From the NCBI RefSeq assembly GCF_018398935.1, contig NZ_CP074694.1, forward strand, positions 180,001-212,000: a DNA stretch of 32,000 bases, given 5' to 3'. The number at the start of each line of letters is the position of its first letter. Within the stretch, counting starts at the first letter, position 1. Position numbers and translations under genes: made by a program. This document shows, piece by piece, positions 17,633 through 26,053 of the stretch. Below the pieces are notes generated by a model. It made no database searches. It was not told where the DNA came from and was given only the letters and a program-made list of their open reading frames with translations. Origin of the DNA: Telmatocola sphagniphila (GTDB taxonomy: Bacteria > Planctomycetota > Planctomycetia > Gemmatales > Gemmataceae).

Positions 17633-17799
17633 GACGTTTTCCTTCCCTGGATTCGTCGGTGCCGGATAAATCTTTTCACACAATTCCCGCCGGGCATTAT
17701 GCCGTCTGAGCGGAACTACGCAATAGAGATATGACTTAATTTCACGTCTTTCCGAACTCGATTTATGAAGAACATTTTTTGAGCAATGGCGAAATTCTG

Positions 17800-17827
17800 T
17801 TGACAGGCCGGATCCTCTGACTAAGCT
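17800..17827 (+). promoter_or_regulatory. sigma70-like promoter candidate upstream of the sigma factor gene
   Basis: TTGACA (17800-17805), a 16-nt spacer, then TAAGCT (17822-17827). It sits in an AT-rich 218-bp intergenic region about 75 nt upstream of the ATG. Confidence 0.4.
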
Positions 17828-17901
17828 TTAAGTGAACGAATTGAACGTTTTGGTCGATTTAGATTATTCAAATCGTTCAAATTAAGGCGGAGGATCACCA
17901 G

Positions 17902-18687
17902 ATGCCAACTTTGAAGCCGAATGACGCGATTTCAGCCGGTTATCCCAAATTCATATTCGATCCCTCATTTGAGAGTCCAGAAGCCGTCGAACTTTACGAC
18001 CCGGAAAATGCAGCAGATCTCTCCAGCTTCGCAGATAAGCACCTACCCGATGAAGTGACTCGAGACTATGCCAAGCGAATGCACTTTTGTGCCTGGCGTT
18101 TACGCAAAGCGAAGGGGCTGGTGGAAGTGGATCGCTGGCGGCTGGCCTACTACCGACTTCGAGATGAGATCGTTGTTGGGAATCGAAAATTGGTTTACCG
18201 AGCCGTTCGCCGACGGATGATGATGTCTAACCGAACCGATGATTCGATTGGCGACTGTCATATCGTTCTGATTCAAGCTGTGGCCGCCTATAACCCCTGG
18301 ATGGGCATTCGCTTCAGTACTTATGCCTTCACTTGTCTGGTCCGGGCCTTGTCGCGACAGTGCCAGCGGCAAATGAAAGACTGGCTTTCACGTTCGATGC
18401 CATTGGAATCTCTTCCGGACGGGGAGCCAGGTCAAAGTTACGAGAAGGAACTGGTTTCCTCGGGTAGCATCCGAATTGAAGAATTCTTGAAAGTCGATCA
18501 TCCACTGCTGACGGCCCGCGAAAAGATTGTCATCGGTCGCCGTTTTGCGGCCAATGAAGAAGCCACGCTCACTCTCGAAAAAGTGGGTCAGGAAATCGGG
18601 CTTTCCAAGGAACGAGTGCGCCAGGTACAGGCCAGTGCGCTCAACAAGTTGCGAGCAGTACTGACTGCAGAAGAAACGACGGTCTAA
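17902..18687 (+). CDS. sigma-70 family RNA polymerase sigma factor with ~90-aa N-terminal extension
   Basis: Region 2: NRKLVYRAVRRRM...DCHIVLIQAVAAYNPWMGIRFSTYAFTCLVRAL. Region 4 HTH: LTLEKVGQEIGLSKERVRQVQASALNKLRAVL. A strong SD (GGAGGA, 17889-17894) lies 7 nt before the ATG. Confidence 0.85.
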   Translation: MPTLKPNDAISAGYPKFIFDPSFESPEAVELYDPENAADLSSFADKHLPDEVTRDYAKRMHFCAWRLRKAKGLVEVDRWRLAYYRLRDEIVVGNRKLVYRAVRRRMMMSNRTDDSIGDCHIVLIQAVAAYNPWMGIRFSTYAFTCLVRALSRQCQRQMKDWLSRSMPLESLPDGEPGQSYEKELVSSGSIRIEEFLKVDHPLLTAREKIVIGRRFAANEEATLTLEKVGQEIGLSKERVRQVQASALNKLRAVLTAEETTV

Positions 18688-18706
18688 CTTTACCGGAGAC
18701 TATTTG

Positions 18707-19945
18707 ATGCGTGGGATCGTCACCAGTTTATTGCTCCTGTGCTCGGGCGTGAGCCTTGCTTCGGACCCAATTTCCAACTGGCCTCAGTGGCGGGGTCCCA
18801 CCCGAGATGGCCAAGTCGCTCCGTCTGACTGGCCGGCCAAGATCTCCGGTGAAGCATTAAAAACCGTTTGGAAGGTCTCCTCACTCGGTCCCAGTTATTC
18901 CGGCCCCATCGTCAGCGATAAGTATGTTTTCACAACCAGCACGGTCGATAAGAAAGACGAAGTTGTCACTTGCTACGATCGTGGCACCGGTAAGGAAGTC
19001 TGGAAACAAACTTGGCCTGGCTCGATGTCGGTGCCCTTTTTCGCGGCTCGGAATGGTTCCTGGATTCGCTCCACCCCGGCATTCGACGGGGACGCGTTGT
19101 ACGTCGGCGGCATTCAAGATCATCTCGTCTGTCTGGAAGCTTCCAGTGGCAAGATCCGTTGGCAAATCGATTGTATCCAGGACCTTAAAGCCAAATCTCC
19201 CGACTTCGGTTGTGTCTGTTCTCCATTAGTCGATGAAACGGCTGTCTACATGCAAGCCGCTGGTGGGTTTCTGAAAATCGACAAAAAGACCGGTAAGGTT
19301 CTCTGGAACGTGCTTTCGGATGGCGGCGGCATGCTGGGCAGTGCTTTCTCTTCCCCAGTTTTCGCTAAACTTGCTGGCAAAGAGCAGATTGTCGTACAGA
19401 CACGTACGGCCCTGTTCGGAGTAGATAAGCAAACTGGTCAAAGTCTTTGGTCGCGGCCCATTGACAGTTTCCGAGGCATGAACATTCTGACGCCGACTAT
19501 TTATGGGGAAGGGGTCTTCACCAGTACTTATGGCGGTAACACTAGGCTCGTTTCCGTTCAAAAAGAGACCGATAAATTGGGTGCTCAGGATGCCTGGGGC
19601 TTCAAGTACGAAGGCAATATGACGACGCCCGTTATCGTGAACGATCACGCCTACTTCTTCGGAAAAGATCGCCGATTCATTTGCGTTGATCTCAAAGCGG
19701 GTAAGGAATGCTGGCGTACGGACAAACGATTCGGCGAGTATTGGAGCCTGGTGGCGAACAAGGACAAAATTCTGGCCCTCGATATGGATGGTAAACTCTA
19801 TTTGATCCAAGCCAACCCCAAAGAGTTCGAACTTCTGGATCAGACGCAGATTACCAAGAGTGAGACCTGGGCCCATTTGGCTGTGTGCGGCAATGAGTTG
19901 TACGTCCGCTCGTTGGATGAGCTAATCAAGCTGAGCTGGAAGTAG
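18707..19945 (+). CDS. secreted PQQ-like (BamB-like) beta-propeller repeat protein
   Basis: Signal peptide MRGIVTSLLLLCSGVSLASD. WPQWRGPTRDG N-terminal motif. Repeated G..(L/V)W blade motifs (GKEVWKQ, GKIRWQI, GKVLWNV, GQSLWSR, GKECWRT). I preferred the ATG at 18707 over the TTG at 18704. Confidence 0.8.
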   Translation: MRGIVTSLLLLCSGVSLASDPISNWPQWRGPTRDGQVAPSDWPAKISGEALKTVWKVSSLGPSYSGPIVSDKYVFTTSTVDKKDEVVTCYDRGTGKEVWKQTWPGSMSVPFFAARNGSWIRSTPAFDGDALYVGGIQDHLVCLEASSGKIRWQIDCIQDLKAKSPDFGCVCSPLVDETAVYMQAAGGFLKIDKKTGKVLWNVLSDGGGMLGSAFSSPVFAKLAGKEQIVVQTRTALFGVDKQTGQSLWSRPIDSFRGMNILTPTIYGEGVFTSTYGGNTRLVSVQKETDKLGAQDAWGFKYEGNMTTPVIVNDHAYFFGKDRRFICVDLKAGKECWRTDKRFGEYWSLVANKDKILALDMDGKLYLIQANPKEFELLDQTQITKSETWAHLAVCGNELYVRSLDELIKLSWK

Positions 19946-19977
19946 GCCGTCGGTCTACTCGTCGATCCAATCTGTTC

Positions 19978-20010
19978 GATCCTTCCTCGGAAGGATTCAA
20001 TTTCGTGTTT
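19978..20010 (+). terminator. weak candidate terminator after the beta-propeller gene
   Basis: ATCCTTC-ctcg-GAAGGAT (19979-19996), a 7-bp stem, followed by the T-rich TCAATTTCGTGTTTCTT. The stem is short and the U-tract is interrupted. Confidence 0.35.
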
Positions 20011-20024
20011 CTTGCTGTAATTCG

Positions 20025-20053
20025 TTGACATAGACGGACCACTCACTTAAACT
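20025..20053 (+). promoter_or_regulatory. sigma70-like promoter candidate upstream of the MFS transporter gene
   Basis: TTGACA (20025-20030), a 17-nt spacer, then TAAACT (20048-20053). It lies about 55 nt upstream of the ATG at 20109. Confidence 0.4.
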
Positions 20054-20108
20054 GCCCCTTTCTTAGAGATCGTCTCTCCCTTTGCAACATGAATGGAGTT
20101 GCTCTGAT

Positions 20109-21770
20109 ATGAATGAAACCGGCGATAAAAAACTATTCTGGGCTTGTTGGATCGCCCTGATCGCGACCGCTTTCGGCTTCGTGGTCCGCGCGAACATCAT
20201 GGACACTTGGAAGGACGATTTCGGACTGAGTGAAACCCAGAAGGGGCAACTCTTTGGTGTAGGCCTCTGGCCGTTCGCGATCAGTATTGTTCTTTTCAGT
20301 CTCATCATCGACCGAATCGGCTACGGCAAGGCCATGCTTTTTGCATTTGTTTGCCATGTGGCTTCAATGGCTATCACGATTTATGCTTCAACGTTATTAG
20401 CTAAACCGGGTGCTTCCGCTGAAGAAGTGGCGGCGGGTCAGAAAAGCGGTTACTGGATGCTTTATCTGGGGAACTTCATAGTTGCGTTGGGTAACGGCAC
20501 CGTGGAAGCGGTGATTAACCCGGTGGTGGCTACGATGTTCGCCCGCGATAAAACCAAATGGCTGAACATGCTGCATGCGGGCTGGCCGGGAGGTTTGGTG
20601 CTCGGGGGCATTCTCGCCATCAGTATGGGCGATCTCCATTGGACTTACAAAATCGGATTGCTCGCTATTCCCACTGCTATCTACGGAATCCTGATGCTCA
20701 CTTGTACCTTCCCGGTGAGCGAAAGAGTGGCCGCGGGTGTCTCCTACCGCCAAATGCTTCGCGAAGTGGGCTTCCTGGGAGCATTGGTGGTTACCGCGCT
20801 GGTTGTCAGTGAAGTATTTAACGTGATTCAGCAAATGGAAATCTACTTCGTCGACAAACCTGGAGTTGAAGCCGGGGATCGATGGGATTCCATTGTCAAA
20901 ACCTTGAGCTTACCAGTTATCGGTGAATTTGCAGTTACCAAGTTCATGGCGGTGAAATGGGGTCTGATACTTGGTGTCAGCCTGCTCTTTGGACTGTATA
21001 CGCTTTCTCTGGGCCGGATCATGTTCTTCCTCTTGCTCCTGATCATGTGCCCTCTGGCCATCACCGAACTCGGCACCGATAGTTGGATTGGCGGTTTGAT
21101 GGAACCGGAAATGGTGAAGCTAGGCTTGAAGGGTGGCTACGTGCTGATTTACACTTCCGCGATCATGCTGGTCTTGCGGTTCTGTGCTGGCCCGATCGTT
21201 CACAAGCTTTCGCCTCTGGGGCTTTTGGCCATCAGTGCTGCGATTGCCGCCGTTGGCTTAGTCAGTCTGTCCATGCTGACAGGCGTCGCGATTCTCGCGG
21301 CCGCCACCTTCTATGCTTTCGGTAAGACCTTCTTTTGGCCTACTATGTTAGGTGTCGTTTCTGAACAGTTCCCCAAAGGGGGAGCTTTGACACTAAACAT
21401 TTGCGGTGGTGTAGGTATGCTGGCTGTGGGGATCTTGGGTACCCCTTTGCTGGGTAACATCCAGGATAAGGAAATCGATGCCAGCTTGAAGAAGAACAAT
21501 CCGGCGATTCATGCGAGTGTCATGAAAGCTCCCAAAGCCAGTCTGTTCGGCGAATACCAGCCGGTCGACGAAGATAAAGTGAAAGTTCTGCCGAAGGAAG
21601 AACAGAAGATTATCTCAGAAACCGGCGACACGGCCAAGAAGTCCGCTTTGAAGACCGTCGCTTTGTTCCCTTGCATAATGCTGGTTAGCTATCTCTTGCT
21701 GCTCCTTTACTTCAAGGCCCGGGGCGGTTACAAGGCTCAGGAGATCGGCGCCGGTAGTGCAGGACACTGA
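20109..21770 (+). CDS. MFS-type transporter (about 12-14 TM) with extra C-terminal loop and helix
   Basis: Hydrophobic periodicity throughout, and an MFS-like loop (LFSLIIDRIGYGKAM). I preferred the ATG at 20109 (MNETGDKK) over the TTG at 20082. A strong intrinsic terminator follows. Confidence 0.7.
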   Translation: MNETGDKKLFWACWIALIATAFGFVVRANIMDTWKDDFGLSETQKGQLFGVGLWPFAISIVLFSLIIDRIGYGKAMLFAFVCHVASMAITIYASTLLAKPGASAEEVAAGQKSGYWMLYLGNFIVALGNGTVEAVINPVVATMFARDKTKWLNMLHAGWPGGLVLGGILAISMGDLHWTYKIGLLAIPTAIYGILMLTCTFPVSERVAAGVSYRQMLREVGFLGALVVTALVVSEVFNVIQQMEIYFVDKPGVEAGDRWDSIVKTLSLPVIGEFAVTKFMAVKWGLILGVSLLFGLYTLSLGRIMFFLLLLIMCPLAITELGTDSWIGGLMEPEMVKLGLKGGYVLIYTSAIMLVLRFCAGPIVHKLSPLGLLAISAAIAAVGLVSLSMLTGVAILAAATFYAFGKTFFWPTMLGVVSEQFPKGGALTLNICGGVGMLAVGILGTPLLGNIQDKEIDASLKKNNPAIHASVMKAPKASLFGEYQPVDEDKVKVLPKEEQKIISETGDTAKKSALKTVALFPCIMLVSYLLLLLYFKARGGYKAQEIGAGSAGH

Positions 21771-21798
21771 GAACGATTGCTATAATTAATTTACAACG

Positions 21799-21826
21799 GC
21801 CTGCCGGTCAGCCCGGCAGGCTTTTT
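21799..21826 (+). terminator. rho-independent terminator after the MFS transporter gene
   Basis: GCCTGCCGG (21799-21807), loop tcagc, CCGGCAGGC (21813-21821), then TTTTT (21822-21826). It lies 29 nt after the stop codon. Confidence 0.75.
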
Positions 21827-21848
21827 CGTTGAGGAAGGGTCGGCATCC

Positions 21849-22631
21849 ATGGCGGGTCAGCGCACTTTTACATTTCTCGGCACCGGAACGTCGGTCGGAG
21901 TTCCAGCTATCGGATGCCAGTGCGAGGTCTGTACTTCCGGAAACCCCAAGAATAATCGCTTCCGCTCCTCCGGGCTGGTAACTCTTCCCAACGGTCGGAT
22001 TCTGATCGACACCACCCCGGAGATGCGGCTACAACTCCTGCGCGAGAAAATCGATACGGTCAACGCCGTGCTTTATACGCACTACCACGTCGATCATCTC
22101 TACGGCATGGACGATCTACGGATGGTAGCCAAAAATCTCGGGGCCGCCGTGCCGCTGTATTGCACGGAAGAAGTCGAAGGGATCATACGCAGCGTCTTTC
22201 CCTACGTTTTCAAGGAACCGCCGGCGAACATGCCCGCGGATTCCATTACCAAGCTTTACGTCCATCGCATCGATAATCGGCCTTTCGAGATTCTCGATCA
22301 GCGCATCATTCCCATCCCTCTGATTCACAGTCGATTCAATGTCTTTGGTTATCGCTTCGACGATCTGGCCTACTGTACGGACGTCAGCGAGATACCCCCG
22401 GAGAGTTGGAAGCTGCTTCAGGGGGTGAGGGTGCTTATCATCGATGCACTTCGCTTTAGCAATCACCCGGCACACTTCAGTTTGAATCAGGCTCTTGAGG
22501 TGATCGAGAAATTGAAGCCCAAACGAGCCTACCTGACGCATATGTCTCACGAGTTTGACTATGAGACTTTGAATCCCGAACTGCCCCCGGGCGTTGAAAT
22601 GGCTTACGATGGCCTGAAAATTCCATTCTGA
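21849..22631 (+). CDS. MBL-fold metallo-hydrolase (PhnP-like family)
   Basis: HxHxDH metal motif (YTHYHVDHLYGMDDL). The N-terminal FLGTGTSVGVPAIGCQCEVC is typical of PhnP-like MBL proteins. 260 aa. Confidence 0.8.
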   Translation: MAGQRTFTFLGTGTSVGVPAIGCQCEVCTSGNPKNNRFRSSGLVTLPNGRILIDTTPEMRLQLLREKIDTVNAVLYTHYHVDHLYGMDDLRMVAKNLGAAVPLYCTEEVEGIIRSVFPYVFKEPPANMPADSITKLYVHRIDNRPFEILDQRIIPIPLIHSRFNVFGYRFDDLAYCTDVSEIPPESWKLLQGVRVLIIDALRFSNHPAHFSLNQALEVIEKLKPKRAYLTHMSHEFDYETLNPELPPGVEMAYDGLKIPF

Positions 22632-22650
22632 TAATGACAGGAAGCACGCG

Positions 22651-23475
22651 ATGAGTCCCCGCATTCTGATGTGCCCTCCCGATCACTATGGGATTGAATA
22701 CGAGATCAATCCCTGGATGAATCGCAGCATGAGCAGCGTTCGGGATCTCGCTTTCAAACAGTGGCGAGCCCTGCGGGATGCGATTGTTTCCCTGGGTGTC
22801 CGGGTCGAGGAGATGGTGCCAGTTGCGGGATTGCCCGATCTGGTATTCACGGCCAATGCGGGGTTGATGTTCCACAACAAATTTTTCAGTTCGCAGTTCA
22901 AACACGACGTTCGGGCCAAGGAATCCCCGCACTTCGATGCCTGGTTTGCTAAGAACGGATTCGAGGTCCACCACTGGCCGTCCGGGATGTACCACGAAGG
23001 GGCCGGGGACGCGCTTTTCTGCGGAAATGCACTCTTTGCCGGGTATAGAACCCGCTCCGATGTGCATGCCCATCAATGGTTGGCGGAGCAAATTGGCATG
23101 CAGGTACTACCCGTGGAATTGGTGAATACCCGATTTTATCATCTCGATACCTGCTTCTGCCCGCTAGCTCCCGGTCTGGCCCTCTATCATCCCGAAGCTT
23201 TCGACGATTATGGACAGAAAGTTATTCGTTCCAATGTGAACACGCTGATCTCCGTCTGCGAACCGGAGGCTTGGCGTTTTGGTTGTAACGCAGTGGTTGT
23301 CGGCAAATCGGTGATCCATAACGCTGGTTGTCCGCAACTGGCTAGAGATCTCACAAAAATCGGCTATCAGTCGATCGAAGTGGAGCTGGATGAATTCCTG
23401 AAAGCCGGCGGCAGCGCCAAGTGTTTGACCCTCCGGCTCGACGGGGAAGAAGCGGCGGGCTGGAAGTGCAGCTGA
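22651..23475 (+). CDS. guanidino-group modifying enzyme superfamily protein (amidinotransferase/DDAH-like)
   Basis: N-terminus MCPPDHYGIEYEINPWM. FYHLDTCFCPL. C-terminal catalytic-Cys region GGSAKCLTLRL. It starts 19 nt after the MBL gene. Confidence 0.75.
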   Translation: MSPRILMCPPDHYGIEYEINPWMNRSMSSVRDLAFKQWRALRDAIVSLGVRVEEMVPVAGLPDLVFTANAGLMFHNKFFSSQFKHDVRAKESPHFDAWFAKNGFEVHHWPSGMYHEGAGDALFCGNALFAGYRTRSDVHAHQWLAEQIGMQVLPVELVNTRFYHLDTCFCPLAPGLALYHPEAFDDYGQKVIRSNVNTLISVCEPEAWRFGCNAVVVGKSVIHNAGCPQLARDLTKIGYQSIEVELDEFLKAGGSAKCLTLRLDGEEAAGWKCS

Positions 23476-23478
23476 GTA

Positions 23479-25068
23479 TCAATCGAACAAGGATTTCTTT
23501 CCACGCGGTGAACTGCCTCCTCCGAGCCGACGCATGTATTGGTAATAGCCATCCAGATCGAACTTTTTGGCCGTGTTGTCGGAAGACATGTAGCGAATGT
23601 TGCCGAACACTTTTCGTTCGGGCGGCCAGGGACGGTCGAATAAGCCAAAGCACCAGAGCATACCGGTATAGCTGTTCGGATCTCGGCCATCAATGGCATA
23701 TTTGTTATTCAAGTGTTCCAGGATGAAGTAGGCTTCATCGGGCGTACGCGACCACTCCAAAACCTTTTTGCCCCAGAGCATGCGTAGATAATTATGTATT
23801 CGCCCCGTCTGCACCAACTCAGTCTGGGCAGCATTCCACAAATCATCGTGGGTCTCCGCCGCTTCCCATTCATCCAGGGAATAGATATGAGAACGGCTGT
23901 CGGATTCATGTTTCTTCAACGACTGATAGGCCCAGGCGGGTAGGGTCGATTCCAAATCCTGATAAATCGGATGCTTCCACTTCAGAGCCCGGGCAGCCGG
24001 AGAAGTCTCATTGATCAAACGAATCTTCTCTCGCCGGCAATGGTGCCAGTGGTAGCCGACGTCGCGCCAGGTGATGGCTTCATCCAGAAAGCTGTTCACG
24101 TTGGGATTCGAGTGATAGAAACCCTCTCGTTTTCCCTTGTTGGAAAAAGTGATCTGTTCGGGAGTCCATTTTCCGGAGGAATTCAAGACTTCTTCGACAA
24201 TCTGCTGAATGGAAATATGGCCGTGCCGCAGGTGGGCACTCAAACCACTGGCGGCAGTGTGTTCCGGATCGTTGGGTTCGTTCCGGCCGTCCGCGTAAGA
24301 GCTTAATTTTTTTTGAACGAACTTCTTCAGGATCTTCTGGGCCGAAACACTTCCTCCACTAACTGTTACCGGTTTCACTGAATGATCGATGGGTAGTGAC
24401 GCCAGAAACTGATCGAGAGCTTCGGAGGTCGCATCGTTGGGCTTTTTAGCCAAACTCCAGATTTTGAAAGGAGGATCGATCTGTGTCGCAATCGCTTTTT
24501 CAAACGGAGGGTTAGCGGTGGCTCGATGCGGCCACGCTTCCGCAAAGAGCTTGTGGATTCGCGGTCTCAGATGAGCGCAGGCAGAAACCGCCGCTCCGAG
24601 CAGGCTCAAGGGGATCATGCTGTTGCCATCTATTGCTTGAACAGCCGTGTTGGTATGGTTCGCCAGACCTGCAATGTGCCCGGGTACGACAAAGGCCGGG
24701 TAATCATCGGTTACGACAACGCAAGCCTGCTGAGCCAGCTTGGCCAGAAGTCCTTTGGCCGGCTGATCGGGAGTTTCGACATACGGCCAATAGTTGATAC
24801 CCAACTCCAGGGCCTTGCGGGCATTGTCTAGCATGCCTTCCAGCAGGAATCGATGATTGCGATCGTTAGCCCAGGGATAGTCGATGCGTAGCCCTTCGTA
24901 CACCACGAGGGGTTTGCCCAGAGTCTTGCAGAGATTCAATGCGTGATCGAGGGCATGATTTCGGTCGAAGCGGCGACAGGCCTGCATCCAGTAGAGGACA
25001 TATTTGTTTTTGGGATTGATCGCGGCCTGATTGGCATACCGTATCCGGGCGTCGTTGAAAGCGGACAT
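23479..25068 (-). CDS. phr: deoxyribodipyrimidine photolyase, class II type
   Basis: NKYVLYWMQACRRFDRNHALDHAL at the N-terminus. C-terminal FAD-binding region GRIHNYLRMLWGKKVLEW...IDGRDPNSYTGMLWCFGLFDRPW. Confidence 0.88.
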   Translation of the reverse strand: MSAFNDARIRYANQAAINPKNKYVLYWMQACRRFDRNHALDHALNLCKTLGKPLVVYEGLRIDYPWANDRNHRFLLEGMLDNARKALELGINYWPYVETPDQPAKGLLAKLAQQACVVVTDDYPAFVVPGHIAGLANHTNTAVQAIDGNSMIPLSLLGAAVSACAHLRPRIHKLFAEAWPHRATANPPFEKAIATQIDPPFKIWSLAKKPNDATSEALDQFLASLPIDHSVKPVTVSGGSVSAQKILKKFVQKKLSSYADGRNEPNDPEHTAASGLSAHLRHGHISIQQIVEEVLNSSGKWTPEQITFSNKGKREGFYHSNPNVNSFLDEAITWRDVGYHWHHCRREKIRLINETSPAARALKWKHPIYQDLESTLPAWAYQSLKKHESDSRSHIYSLDEWEAAETHDDLWNAAQTELVQTGRIHNYLRMLWGKKVLEWSRTPDEAYFILEHLNNKYAIDGRDPNSYTGMLWCFGLFDRPWPPERKVFGNIRYMSSDNTAKKFDLDGYYQYMRRLGGGSSPRGKKSLFD

Positions 25069-25114
25069 GGAGAGTTCCGTACACGTTGAAACGAATCACT
25101 CTATCATAGTCGAG

Positions 25115-26050
25115 ATGAGTACTTCTTTTCTCTCTGTTCGAGACATTCATAAGAGTTACGGTTCTTTCGCGGCCTTGAAGGGAGTCGATTTTGATGTCTC
25201 GGAAGGGGAAATGTTCGGTCTGTTAGGACCCAACGGCGCGGGCAAAACGACGCTGCTTTCCATCCTGGCCTGTCTCAGCGATGCCAGCAAAGGCGAGGCG
25301 ATACTCGCCGGGCAGAAATTGAGCCTCTCCAATCGCAGTGTCCGGCACCTCATCGGTATCGGAACGCAAGAACTGGCGATTTATGGCGAACTTACGGCGC
25401 GGGAGAATATCCGCTTTTTCGGTAAGCTTTACGGACTGAGAGATCCCCAATTGAAAGCCCGGGAGGAGGAGATTCTCCGGCGTATCGGCCTATTGGATCG
25501 GGCCGAGGATCGAGCGGGTACCTTCTCCGGTGGTATGAAACGCCGTTTGAATCTGGGTGTAGCCATAGTTCATTCGCCGAAGATCCTATATCTCGATGAG
25601 CCGACTACGGGTGTCGATCCGCAAAGTCGAAATCACATCTTCGAATTCGTTAAAGAACTGAACCGAGATGGCATGACCGTGATCTACACCAGCCATTACA
25701 TGGAAGAGGTACAATCGCTTTGTCCGAGGATTGCAATTGTCGATCACGGCAAGGTCATATCCTGCGATACACTGCCGGGTTTATTGCGGATGCTCGAGGG
25801 CCGTATCACATTGAGGCTGGGAAATTATTCCTCGGCAGATCTGGAGGCGCTCCAAGCGATTCCGAACTTGAAGCTTGTGGAGAATGCCGCAGGCTCACTT
25901 CAGATAGATACGGCGGATGTGGCTAAGTCTCTGATTCAGATTGTTCGAGTGTTGTCGCAGCGAAATGTGGAATTGCTCGAATTGCACACCAAGGAACCTA
26001 CACTCGAGGACGTTTTCCTGCACCTGACCGATCGCACCCTTCGAGATTAA
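25115..26050 (+). CDS. ABC transporter ATP-binding protein (ABC-2/CcmA-like), no adjacent permease
   Basis: Walker A GPNGAGKTT, signature FSGGMKRRL, Walker B ILYLDEPTTGVD, and an H-loop in TSHYMEE. The start is set to the ATG at 25115, because the ORF-track start at 25031 would overlap the photolyase 5' end. Confidence 0.9.
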   Translation: MSTSFLSVRDIHKSYGSFAALKGVDFDVSEGEMFGLLGPNGAGKTTLLSILACLSDASKGEAILAGQKLSLSNRSVRHLIGIGTQELAIYGELTARENIRFFGKLYGLRDPQLKAREEEILRRIGLLDRAEDRAGTFSGGMKRRLNLGVAIVHSPKILYLDEPTTGVDPQSRNHIFEFVKELNRDGMTVIYTSHYMEEVQSLCPRIAIVDHGKVISCDTLPGLLRMLEGRITLRLGNYSSADLEALQAIPNLKLVENAAGSLQIDTADVAKSLIQIVRVLSQRNVELLELHTKEPTLEDVFLHLTDRTLRD

Positions 26051-26053
26051 TCT

